Below, one piece after another: positions 1 to 48,684 of a stretch of DNA of 64,000 nucleotides. Source of the stretch: Macrostomum lignano (Eukaryota); assembly GCA_002269645.1 (NCBI GenBank), contig NIVC01000487.1:314893-378892 (forward strand), given 5' to 3'. The notes beneath the pieces are model-generated. The model made no database searches, was not told where the DNA came from, and saw only the letters and a program-made list of their open reading frames with translations. A program made the position numbers and the translations under genes. Position 1 is the first letter of the stretch. Every line of letters starts with the position of its first letter.

Positions 1-529
1 GCAGGGATGATGCGGCCTGGGACAGGACAGCCCTGTGCTGCCATACAGTGCCGCATTGGTGACTCGCTCTTGAAGGTGGCGCGCAGCAGGCCAGCACGCG
101 CCGCCTCGACCTGCTGTTCGAGCGATTCCGTCAGCGTCCCGGTCTCGGCGCATTGTACAACAGGACGGTCTCGATGGGGGGGCATCAAAAACCCGAAAAT
201 CACAACTCCGAAAGTTCTAGCAATGTCCAACACTATTTTGGTTTTCGGAGTTATGATATTTCGGGTTTATGATGTGTGTTGCTATCAATTTCGGAGTTAT
301 GATACTTCGGGTTGGTGATATTTCGGGTTTATGATATTACAGGTTTATGATATTAAAGGTTCATGATATTTCGGGTTTATGATGGCGACCCGTCTTGATC
401 ACCGCCAGGTAAGGCATTGGACTGCAGGAAAGCCTTCACGGAACAAGAGGCAGCTCAGGCAAGTTCACGGCGACGTCGCAGATCCTACTAGCGACCGTCA
501 AGCACTGGAACGCCGAGGTAGACGAACTG
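1..529 (-). mobile_element. Degenerate RTE-like LINE fragment (RT C-terminal region), interrupted by a MITE at 176-391
   Basis: 1-175 and 392-529 align by eye with the LINE copy at 40132-40974. Minus-strand translation gives IETVLLYN/AETGTLTESLEQQVEAARAGLLRA with a frameshift. Confidence 0.85.
176..391. mobile_element. MITE-like non-autonomous DNA transposon, copy 1
   Basis: Imperfect TIRs GGGGGGGCATCAAAAACCCGAAA / TTTCGGGTTTATGATGGCGACCC, internal ~16-bp subrepeats, 8-bp TSD GTCTCGAT (168-175) / GTCTTGAT (392-399). A second copy is at 62386-62685. Confidence 0.8.
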
Positions 530-688
530 ACACTGTACTTAGCTCTGATTGGCTGAAACAGAAACAGCACTGACATTGTACTTAGCTCTGATTGGCTGAC
601 ACAGAAACAGCACTGACATTGTACTTAGCTCTGATTGGCTGACACAGAAACAGCACTGACATTGTACTTAGCTCTGATTGGCTGACAA
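530..688. repeat. 43-bp tandem repeat, ~3.7 copies
   Basis: Unit CATTGTACTTAGCTCTGATTGGCTGACACAGAAACAGCACTGA. Confidence 0.9.
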
Positions 689-2074
689 ATTTACTTAACT
701 ATAGAACTAAAACAAAATTTCAAGTGATTTAAACCTTCACAGTATCCCCGTATTGCAAAATCTACTTTAATAACGAAATTTATTTGAAATTTGCTTCAAT
801 GCAAATAAACAGCTCAAAAACAGACGATTTTTGAACAGGGAGCATGGGCTCAAGAAGCTTTGTAAGGTCACGCAGTTGAACGGGAATATAATAAAGCATT
901 AGCCAGAATACACTGCGTCAATGTGAACGTATAATAATGCACACTAAAGTGTCTGGGTGGATGTACTTTTGTTCATGCGAATTTCTAATTCGAGCCTTGA
1001 TTTGATGTGGGAGGGCGATGTAGCTGAACTATCGGCAATGAGAAGCAGAGTTTATATGCGTTCATAGTAATCCTCATTACAGTTTAACTATTAATTGTTT
1101 TTTTCCTAAAGCCACAACGGTAAAACTGATATTACTTAAGGCATTAGAAACGATCTATCTGCTTGTTAGCTAGGAAATAAACTCCGTTCAAAGTTTAACA
1201 AATATTTCTTCAGACAAAAAATTGGTTGCACATTTTAGTATTATTAAATATTGTCTATTATAAACGAAAAAAGGAGGGTGAAGCAGAAGACACAGTGGAA
1301 CAAAGCCAACTAATTTTTTACACTGAGAAGCAATGAGATCCTTCTTACAAACAAACGAGCGTAAAAAATCAGTTTTAAAACACATTATTTACCATTTAGT
1401 TAAGTATAACAAACTTGACACAACTAAGCTTTCGCCCCAAAATCTGCGTTAGAAAAGCTCATAAAATTGTAACGTTTTTTTCAATACAAATTGGCGGAAA
1501 TTCTAACAAAGATAACTGTTTAAATCTATTCCATGAATTTCCAGGAAAATTTACGCGCACAACCCGGAAAACACCGGAAGTTTACTATAAAAAATCCTTT
1601 TTTCCAATTCCTAATGTTTGAATCCACAGTTTATGGGGATTAAATATTGAAATAATACACAAGATTTTGTCCGCAGTTTGCGAACAAAGCCGGTTAGCAG
1701 AGACGGTGCGCAGAAAAAAATAATTAAAATTTGTTTAAATACGCGACTTGACCGCAGTATAAAGTCGCTTCTGGTGTCGTTAGGAGGGACAACTGTGATT
1801 AAATATGTGTCTTCTTTAGCGAAAGAATTGTCACTTAAAGCGAAGTAACACGTCGAATAGAAGAAAATTGCAAACACGAAGTTGGAGAATGCCGAACTCT
1901 TATTTCTAAAACAGTAGCAGAAAATCATGAGACAGAGGACAATGATGGAGCTATGAATAAAAGATGCTGACGACCCCAAGTTTCAGGCGGAACAAATCTA
2001 CTTCTATCTGGTGATCTTTTTCCTTAGTTCGAAATGGTTTTTCTGGTGCTAGGATTCTTTCAAAACCCCATCGC

Positions 2075-38888
<36,814 letters not shown>

Positions 38889-39519
38889 TTTACGACAGCT
38901 TGAGCGGCTTGGCTAAAAATAATTTCAGTTTTCATCGATGGGGATGATGAACAAATTAGAAATAGACGCACGAATTAGTTATTTTGGTTAAATTAAAATC
39001 AATTTATTTGACAATACGCTCGTATATAAAATATACACTACCTTTATTGAAAACAAATATTAAATTGTTCTATTCAAATTTGAAAAAAATTGATGTGCTG
39101 TTAGAGTATAATATAGGAACTAAGAAAAATTAAAATCAATACTATAATCTTGTTTGATCAATCTTAAGTAATCTTTTTTGATGATATAATCTTATCTTTT
39201 AGTTTGCGCAAGCATTCACAAACAAGCATACAATTCACAATTCACAAACAATTCACAAAATTTGGAATGTTTCACAGGGTAAATTATTTTAAAATTACCT
39301 TTTGAGGAAGGCCAAATAGTTATTAACTAAGAAAAACTAGATGCACAAAACTATGGCAAACATATTCAATAAATAATAATTTAAAATACATGTAATTTAT
39401 ACACTGTATGCTCATTAGAAGCCTTTTCATTGATTTTTAAAGTGCAGCTAAAATTTACATTTTCGCATTGTAACTTCCGCATTGTAACTTCGAAAAAATA
39501 ACAAAAAGTAAAAACTTAC

Positions 39520-39739
39520 CAAGATTGATGATGCTATAAGAAATTACTTTACCGATACGTGCGTGTACACAAGATAGATTTACTGGACCGAAGAAAACTA
39601 ACTTCGATAAATTGAAAATCTTCTTCACACAATTTTCGCGAACTGGTGAAACAGACTTAATATTTTTTATTGATCTATTTCAAAACTAAAAATATTTATT
39701 CTTATGACTAAGATTATGAGTTTCAGAAAATTGGAAAAG
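39520..39739. promoter_or_regulatory. Candidate bidirectional promoter with divergent 5'-UTR exons
   Basis: Minus-strand donor GTAAGT at 39519 pairs with the acceptor tttttag at 38913 before the Sp17 ATG. Plus-strand donor AAG|GTGAGT at 39740. Confidence 0.4.
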
Positions 39740-40131
39740 GTGAGTAATAATTTTTGTTTTAATCGGCACAATAAAACCGTTAAGTTTCAATTTTTAATCA
39801 GGAAAGCCATTTTGTTCAGATTTTACATACTGTTTGATTGTTTTGAAGACTATACGTGCCCCGCCATATATTAATATTTTCACTTTATTTCAAACCATTG
39901 ATATTTCTTCTTCCAAAGGTCAGCTATTGCGATTTAAAAAAACAATATTCTGGTAATCTCATTTGTATTACATATACAATTTTTTTCGTATATTGATTAA
40001 GTAGTATCTGCGATTTAGGCACCCGGTTTTTAAATCGATAGTCCAAAAACAGTTTATTTCTACTACTACAATTTACTACTACAATGGTAAATTTTCCAAA
40101 TATACTGCACAAAAATTTTTTGAATATGTAA

Positions 40132-40974
40132 CAACACAACAACAACAAAATACGCTGTCAGGATGGTAAAAGTCAGCGTCACAGGGCGCGCTTCATGGCT
40201 TGGGCGCGAACAAAGGCCGCGCCACCGGCAGTGTCCGGGGCGCCGGCGTCGGCCAGCAGACAGTCGACGTAACGCCGAGTTCGCGCTTGACCTCGCCGGT
40301 AGGGTGCCTGCAGCGTGAGCAGCAGCACCTCCTGCACCGGCTGTGGGCAGTACGACTCGGCGCGGATGAGATGGCCTGCGAGCTGGAGTCGCCGACGGCG
40401 CAGTAGATCGCTTGGACGTGGCAGGCCAGCGCGGCGATAGAGTGCCGCGTTGTTGACTCGCACGACGCCGATGTTGAAGGCGGCGCGCAGCAGGCCAGCG
40501 TGCGCCGCATCGACTTGCTGTTCGAGTGAGTCCGTCAGCGTCCAGGTCTCGGCGTTGTAGAGCAGGACGGTCTCGATTACCGCCTGGAACAGCGCCGCCC
40601 TCTGGCGGTCCGGTAGGGCCTCGGACTGCAGGACCGCCCTCACAAAACGAAAGGCAGCCCAGGCAAGCCCGCGGCGGCGTCGCAGGTCCTCGCGAGCGTC
40701 TGGAACCAGACCGCCGAGGTAGACTAACTGCTGACATCGCGGGAGCTCGGTCGCCTGCCCGTCAGCGCCTCGGCAGAATATTGCAGCCTCGATGTCGTCC
40801 GGCACGCAGAGCACAACGGTCTTCTGCGTGTTGACCACCAGGCCGACGCTCGCCGCAACGGCAACTAGCCTGTCCAGCTGCCGTTGGGCGCCCTCGACGG
40901 TCGAGGACAGCAGGGCGAGGTCGTCGGCGTAGCCAAGCACGCTGAGCCGCTTCTCCGGTTGACGTCGACGTGTA
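40132..40974 (-). mobile_element. 5'-truncated RTE-like non-LTR retrotransposon (RT C-terminal part)
   Basis: Open frame with LSVLGYADDLALL (YADD RT motif) and ETVLLYNAETWTL. (TTG)n 3' tail. 10-bp TSD GAATATGTAA at 40122-40131 and 40975-40984. Confidence 0.92.
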
Positions 40975-41414
40975 GAATATGTAAATTGTAGTTCCAAATT
41001 CGTCCTTGAAATCCACGATTATTCGGTAAATTCGGCAACTCGGACAATCCTTTTTTAATCTAGCTGCATGGTTAATACGCCATGACATTTCAGTATTCCT
41101 TGCTAGATTTTGGTTTGATTAAGAATCGGTGAACCAAATTAATGATCTTATAATTTTCACCCTACTTTGAATTGTAAACGCACAATGATACTCCGTTTGG
41201 TCATACTGCATGTCATACATACATGTATATGTATAAATTGCCAAAATTAATCTCCAAGGCAAAGAGTTGTACATGCCTATACATGTAGATTTCAGACGTG
41301 CCTGCCTACAGTATTGGCGCCCTTGTATGTACTCTAGAATCAGCGGAATGGGCAGAATTGCCTCACCACTGGTTGTGGGACGTGGGAAATCATATATACT
41401 CATATGATACTCAT

Positions 41415-41500
41415 ATGATGACCGCACATTCCTTGGCTCGGGTAATGACCGCACATTCCTTGGCTCGGGTAATGACCGCACATTCCTTGGCTCGGGTAAT
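41415..41500. repeat. 27-bp tandem repeat x3
   Basis: ATGACCGCACATTCCTTGGCTCGGGTA. Confidence 0.85.
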
Positions 41501-41804
41501 GCTCCACAAACACAGTCTTTAAGTCTTTCACGCTACCAGGGACAACTAAAACAGTGTTACTACACGTACGCACACTGAACTTTCAGGGGCAGCGTGCCAA
41601 CCCACCCCGCCTCCAGTTAAAAATCTGAGCTGTAATTTACCCTCCCCCTCTAAAGGTTTCTGATTGGCTCTGGTAGGGCAGAACTGATTGCACAATCCAC
41701 TCGACACTTGCACAGATTATATAAGGCAATTTTCTATTCATTTTTTACTCATATTTTACGCTCCTATTTTGAGCACACGTTCAACACAAGGCTCAGTTGA
41801 AACC

Positions 41805-42479
41805 ATGCCAGCCATCTCCGGTCTTGTCCTCCGCTGCTGCGGTCGCTCCTCCAACGACGCTGCAGCTGCCGACGCAGCCGCCGACGCAGCCAAACCAGCC
41901 GACACTGAACCGCCGCCGATGCCCGATCCCACTAGCCGTCAGCTGCCAGAGAGCGAGCCGGCCGCTTGGCACCCGTCTTTGGTCGCTTTCAACGTCTACG
42001 AGCCGCAGTCGATGGCGGCAGCGGCTGCCTCAGCTGGCCGAGTCGCCCCAAACACTGCAGCAGCCGCAGCCGCCGCTCCAGCCGTCTCCCCGATGAAGTC
42101 GGAGCCGCAGCGTCAGCCGCAGCAGAGCTGCCGAGCCTGCCTTCAAGGCTGCCAGCCGAACAATGCATGGCTGCCCGGGTGCAGCAGCCTGCGCCGCTAT
42201 CAGAAGCGCAGCGAGAGCCCGATGTTCAACCCCTACCTGAGGCCGCGCAGCTGCACCAGCTTAGAAGACATTCGAATCTGGTCGCAGCGCAAAACCAGCG
42301 CCCTGCTGATGGCCGCCGCCGCCGCCACCGCCGCCGCCACCGCAGATTTGACAGACTCGGGCACGGCCGAATCGAATAGCAACTGCAGCATTGACTGCGT
42401 GAGCTACGCTAGCGACAGCAGCAATGCCAATTCTAGAAGCCCGCCAGATATTGAACTGTCCGGCTACTTTGGTCAGTAG
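41805..42479 (+). CDS. Hypothetical 224-aa Ala/Pro/Ser-rich protein, single coding exon
   Basis: GC-rich ORF in AT-rich flanks, with aaccATG and an upstream acceptor (ctattttgag, 41773). Poly-Ala style like the other genes here. No family recognised. Confidence 0.7.
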   Translation: MPAISGLVLRCCGRSSNDAAAADAAADAAKPADTEPPPMPDPTSRQLPESEPAAWHPSLVAFNVYEPQSMAAAAASAGRVAPNTAAAAAAAPAVSPMKSEPQRQPQQSCRACLQGCQPNNAWLPGCSSLRRYQKRSESPMFNPYLRPRSCTSLEDIRIWSQRKTSALLMAAAAATAAATADLTDSGTAESNSNCSIDCVSYASDSSNANSRSPPDIELSGYFGQ

Positions 42480-42879
42480 CAGCATGCCTTGTGTTATCAG
42501 TGAATCTGAGTTTTACAAATTAAGCATATCTTTGTATGAGCTCGTGCTTGCCTAAAACATACTTAGTGACTTTTAATTGGAATTTACTAATAACAAACGA
42601 GCATTAGATAGGGACTGCGCTGGTCAACTAGTCGGACCACGCGTTTCCCAGGACTTTCTATTTCTTAACTGCATTTACATTAAAGAAATACATTTTTACG
42701 CGGCAAACCTAGGCCAGATATTTTTAAGCGTGTTTTACTTTCTTGGCCGAACAAAATTAATTTACTTGACTTTTGTAAACAAACGTGTAATTTTTTTCAA
42801 GATTTGATACTCCACGCTAGCTACATGATACTACATCGAGTAGATTTGTCTGTCCCTTGAAATAGAAGGGTCTAATCAG

Positions 42880-43900
42880 TTTGTCAGCCTCTCAGACAGT
42901 TGCCAGCCGACATTTACCAGCCAGACAGTTGCCAGCCGACAGTTACCAGCCGACAGTTGCCAGCCGACAGTAACCAGCCGACAGACAGTAACCAGCCAGA
43001 CAGTTACCAGCCGACAGACAGTAACCAGCCAGACAGTTACCAGCCGACAGTTACCAGCCGACAGTTACCAGCCGACAGTTACCAGCCGACAGTTACCAGC
43101 CGACAGACAGTAACCAGCCAGACAGTTACCAGCCAGACAGTTGCCAGCCGACAGTTAGCAGCCGACAGTTGCTAGCCAGACATTTACCAGCCGACAGTTA
43201 CCAGCCGACAGTTGCTAGCCAGACATTTGCCAGCCAGACATTTGCCAGCTGACAGTTAGCAGCCGACAGTTACCAGCCAGACAGTTGCCAGCCGACAGTT
43301 AGCAGCCGACAGTTGCTAGCCAGACATTTACCAGCCGACAGTTACCAGCCGACAGTTGCTAGCCAGACAGTTGCTAGCCAGACATTTGCCAGCCAGACAT
43401 TTGCCAGCTGACAGTTGCCGGTCAGACATTTGCCCACTGCTCACTGCACACCAATTTTTGTCTAGTCCAGCCTTTACTATCCCAGCGGTGTGAACGAGTC
43501 ATAACCATACGATTGAAATTATGTGAACTGTTTGTCAGCAAACAAAATTTTGGCAGAGTTTTCATGGCGTTGTGAAAGAGCCCTGTGCACTACAAGCACA
43601 TTTAATAAATTCTATTACAATGTTTATTCGCTTTACGCACTGATAATTTCTTGGGCTTTCCTGGAAATTATCGGTAGTTGGGACCTTAGTTTTACAGATG
43701 TTATGACCTTAGCGAGCCTAGATATGAAGTTTATTTTTTTACAGTGCATGTTACATGACCTTGTGAATTGTGAAACTGGGGCTGCTTAATTAGTTCAGCT
43801 GGCAACTGTCTGACTGGAATATGTCTGACAGGCAACTGTCAGCTGGCAAATGTCTGACAGGCAACTATCAGCTGGCAACAAATGTCTGACACGCAACTAT
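42880..43900. mobile_element. Foldback-like element: ~14-bp tandem array with an inverted counterpart
   Basis: Array CAGTTACCAGCCGA at 42890-43435. The 26-nt segment 43394-43419 is the exact reverse complement of 43831-43856. About 350 bp of unique spacer lies between them. Confidence 0.55.
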
Positions 43901-45115
43901 CGGCTTGCAATTAACAAACTATTTGGTCCGCGGTCACGCTTGATACCCTGCTTTGTAGGTAGTAGTAGACATTGCCTATGCGATGTCTACCCTGAAACAA
44001 AAAAACAAACTTCATAGGACACTTCTTTCTCGGGGTGGGGTTGATTACACGCCACTGTCAATGGCAATGCTGCCCGCTTATCTGCATGGTACAGCCGGCT
44101 CTCTCACATAGCGATTCCCCAAAAACAATCCGTACCCTGGCGCACATCCCGGAAGTGTGGCTTCCCGTTTGAACTCGCATAAGCAGCGGATCCGCACAAA
44201 CAGTAAAGAATTAACGCACGAAATTAGCATAGAAATTTTGGCTTCGCAATAATCGACTGGGGAAGAGCAGCAAAAATGGTTGGCTATGTAAATATAGCTT
44301 AGCTATGGTTTTGAATCAGTTGACTGCGTTTTATTTTGCGCATGGGAAAGCTGAAGACTGGGACAGTTACTGCTGATAATCAGACGGGAGAGGTCACTGC
44401 AAGGTCAATTCAGACGGGTTTCAGCATTATCTGCATACAGACAGGCAATATATTAGCGGTTGTTGGTTACTAAAGTTTAATATGAGTACAGTAGTTCAAA
44501 AAGCAGGGAAATTAAACATATTAAAATAATATTAAAGAAAAAGCTAGAACAAAATTTAAAAAATACTTCAATGAAAGCAAATTGCAAAGCAAATTTCTAA
44601 ATTACATGCAAAAATAATGATACATAGATAGAAAGCTTGCCACCAAGGCTTTTGTGATTATAATATAAGTTAAAACATTCTGCATAGAAAATGTAAAAAA
44701 CAAAATGGCAAAAAGGAAGACAGAACAAGGTATAGAAGCTGACATATGAATGATTTTTAGAAGCAGATATTTTCATGCTAATGTGTAAAAATCAAAGTCA
44801 TGTTACAGATGAAATTTAAGCAAAGTTTCTTAGTAGTAAATTTTATAAGAAACAAAAATGCCTTTAGTACATTTATTAACCAAAAACACTGAATATTTTA
44901 TTTTCCTTTCAAAAGGCCAACTAACCTGCCTATTTAATCAGCTCAGGCTTCTTAAGTCTTAGCATGACTTTTAATGATGACTTTTACAACTACCAGCTTT
45001 TGAAATTTAGCTAAATTATATAAGAAAACAAAAGAGAGTAAACTAAAAAGCCTTTAGAAAACTACTGCTAGTTAGTTGATCATTGTTAGATTTCAAGGCA
45101 TGGCATTTAGTATGA

Positions 45116-46389
45116 TTAAAATTGGCTATAGCTTGGTCCTGTAGCCCTGTTGTTAAAGCAGACCTTGTAGATAACCAAGCCAATGACACCCAGGCCAATA
45201 GCTAGCACAAAGCCACCAAAAAATGAAGCACCATCAAAACCACCTGTACCAGTCACAGTTTGAGGTATTGGTACTGGTGTAGAAGCTAGTTCTGAGCCAT
45301 TGTTTTTTATGTTAGTGCTAATAGGATTGGTAAAGTTGGTAGTAGCAGGTTTGGTAGTAGCAATTGTAGATTTGGCAGTAGCAGAAGTTGATGGCAATAC
45401 AGATGACTGTATTGAACTGCTGTCAGAGTATGCCTTAGTGCTGGCTTTATGTTCAGTGGTTTGATGATGATTAGCATTGTCTAAATTCAAGCTCTTGGTA
45501 CTTGCAGTTGTCTTGGCATGAGAGCCTAAAATGTAAAACATAAGCATTTTAGTCAGGCAATAAGGTATAAAAAATTAAATAAAGACAAATACATGTACAT
45601 GTTCTTTAAACACAATAAACAGTCCAGGGTGTACTTCATATATCAAGCATGCAAAACAAAAAGTTTTGACCAAGAAAGGCGCAGAAAACAGTGGATTTTT
45701 GCCAGAAAAGTGCACATATTTTTGGATTAAAATGTAGAAATGGTAACTCTAGTGCTAATAGCTCGTATTAATTTACTAATGCTCCCTCAGAGCCAAAAAA
45801 AGTTTTAATGAAGTTTTGCGCATATGCATTTTTATTATTTTTTTTACTTTCCATACAGAACCTGTTATTTATTTTTGGGATAAATTTCAAACTGGTAAAC
45901 AGTAAATAAAAACACTTAGGCCTTAATATTAATACTAAGTCTTCTGTGACTATACACAAAACAAATAATAATATATCAAGTAGTTAAGAGCTACTAAAGT
46001 AAATATATAATATAGGTTAAGTATTTACACAAAAACAAAATAAAAATATGTTCTCTGTATTTTGTCAATTTGTATAGTGTACTATTGATTGTAATTGTAC
46101 TGGTGTAAAGTGTAAAAGCAAATTTCTAATAATAATTAATAAATGCAATTTGATAAGATGTAACTGTAATATATGTATCTATTGTTTAGGAAAGATTGGA
46201 TTTCTAAAGTAGCTACAGCTAAGCTACTAATAAATATTTACCGATTTATCTTGACTAGAAACATGATTTTATGCAATAGCTATCTAGAAAGTAGAAACAA
46301 TAAATTAGTCACTTACCATTAGTCGCTTGCAAAATTGTTAGAAAAATGACTCCTCCGAAGATTAATGAGTTGAAAGTCTTATGCTGCAT
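45116..46389 (-). CDS. CD164/porimin (TMEM123)-like sialomucin, ~160 aa
   Basis: Exon 46389-46317 (signal peptide MQHKTFNSLIFGGVIFLTILQATN, G|gtaagt) plus exon 45525-45116. Thr/Ser-rich mucin region, the family motif FDGASFFGGFVL plus TM, and a C-terminal YSQF (YxxPhi). Confidence 0.88.
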
Positions 46390-48684
46390 GTTGTTGGATG
46401 CCCTGTCAGTTAAAATTTGAATATTGTGCACTGTTGTCGGCTCAGTCCCAATCGATTTAAATTTCCTGGAGAAGGCAACACTACAAATTAAACTATAATG
46501 ATAGTTCGATTCGTAGTTCGTAGAAAGCGTGCAGGTTTAAGAAGCTATCGCGAAATAAAATGGTCAGAAACAAATCTATATAAAAACTATAACAAAAGTC
46601 TTTTAGGTTTCTTAATATTTACCGAACTTCTGAAATTATGTAAAATTAATCAGCAAATAAGATTTAAAATTTGATTTTCGTAGCAATACTATTCTTAATG
46701 ATAGCAGAGACAAATGACTAGACACACGACAAAAGCTTAATTAAATTCGCTAAAATGGGAACTACATAAGGTTTATTAATTAGCATCGATCGTCGATCGT
46801 TTACAAACAAGGGCTTTTGAGAAATAGCTAAATCAGTATTGAACACCGTCCACCGATCTTACATATTCAAGATAAGACAGAGTGGTCTTGTGCAGAATTC
46901 TGAATTGTAGAATGGATCAAGCAATGGATCAATGGATCAATGGAATGGATCAAGCATCAAGCACGTTTAAATTTTACATGTATTCGTTCATCATACGCAT
47001 CTATAAAGAGATTGCTTAGCACCCTTATTTAACGAACTTTTAAAAGTAATCGACTGTTATGAGACTGCTCATACATGCATTGAAAAACAAAATGGTTGGT
47101 TGTCTTCTTCAAATACAGATGGGCCTAACAGGACCTACATGTATGTAGTAGTTGATGGAGAGCAGATGCGACCATTGCGGTGTTAAGCTGGGAGATTTGT
47201 GTGCCCAGAGCTACATGTATGGGGTAAATCAGCCTTGCTGCTGACTCAACCCTTCCCAGATCCCATCTGCCCACTCGAGCGATCCACTCGAACCGAAATT
47301 CGGTTCCAAGTGCCAGTGGCAGAGGACTCGCATGGATGATGTTGTCTCTCCTTCTCCCCCGATTCGCCAGCTAAAACCTCTTGGTGCTTGCGTGTGTGGG
47401 TGTGTGTGTGTGTGCTCTCCTCCTGCACTCGCTGGTTCTCGGGACTCCCTTCCCCATCTCGCAGCGTCCGTTTTCTTGGTGCGTGCAGCAGCTGCAAGCG
47501 CTATCGATCGATCCGACTCCCTTGCTATCCCCCCTCATCAGCCCGTCTCTACAGACCCTCCTCCCCTTTCCGCCTCCAGCGACACCGGGCCCCCTAGCAG
47601 CAGAATTGCCCCCCCCCTAGTTCGGCGGCCCGGGCACCTCCTCCATTTTGCAGTCTCCACCTTGCCCCACGAAGCCTGCCCCCCTCACTCTCTGCAGCCT
47701 GCTGTCCAAAAGCCGTGACCGCCGGTTGCGAAGAGTGTTGTTGGAATAGCGCGGATTGACAGTGGGAGAGAGAGAGAGGAGATGGGATCGGAGCTGAGAG
47801 ATGGCGCGGAGCATGGCTTGCAGCTTCGGTGTGGAACTGAGGGGGCCTGCATGCATTGAAGGGTGAGCGAGTGCCTCCGTTTCCTTCAGCTTTCGTCCTG
47901 CGGCGACCCCTTTTTCCTTCCGAGAGATAGCAAGAGAGAGAGAGGGGGGGAGAGACGAGAGAGATGCTGACCATCGGCCTAGCTTCCCAGCATCCCAGCA
48001 TCAGCCGACTATAGGCAATCCTTTCCCTTCTCCCCTTTCTTATCTCCCTTTCCTTCTTATCAATTTCGCATATTTCTGAACAACGCCGTGCCAGCAGCAG
48101 TTTTATTTAGAGAATATTTGCTCACTCGGTGCGGTGACTAACGCTTGCTCTGGTGGGATCTCCCCCGCCCCCGAGAGCTTGCTTTTGCAGGCCTGAAGCA
48201 CGTCTGAGTCAAACTTTTTTGACTTAACTCCTTTTCTATTAATAAGGAAGGAAGGAATTTCTAAAGTTGCTAATGGGAATCGCTAAAGAGAAACGAGGGT
48301 CCCCCCTAACTCATTCCCTGCAGCTGTGTCACACAAAGTGACGCCCAGGTTGGCTAGCTATGGCAGTGTAAGAATCTAATCATATGCATTTTTCCCAGGC
48401 TCAGTCTCTGATTTCCCATTCTCAATCAGTGTGCAACTTGACTCTCAATGGCGCTGAGGGGGGGCAAGTATTGTAATACTTCAAGTATGCAATTATGCTT
48501 GCCTTTTTAGCTGTTGTTCTTCAATAAGACATAAAGAAGTTGTTATAGCAAAAAACTACAGCCTATGCATTTGTAAAACTTTTACATCGATGGTGCAACT
48601 TGTCTGAGATCTGAGAATAGCTGATCTGAGCTTGACGCCTGTTTCTCTGTCCCGTAAATTTGCGATATTTGAAGCAAATGGTTA

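Noticed and set aside
47246-48001. Cluster of short GC-rich ORFs
   Set aside because: Overlapping on both strands, include microsatellites, with no domain or coherent splice model. More likely regulatory DNA.
48359-48381. miR-183/miR-34-like TATGGCAGTGTAAGAATCTAATC
   Set aside because: Partial similarity only, with a seed mismatch to miR-183 and no complementary arm on either side.
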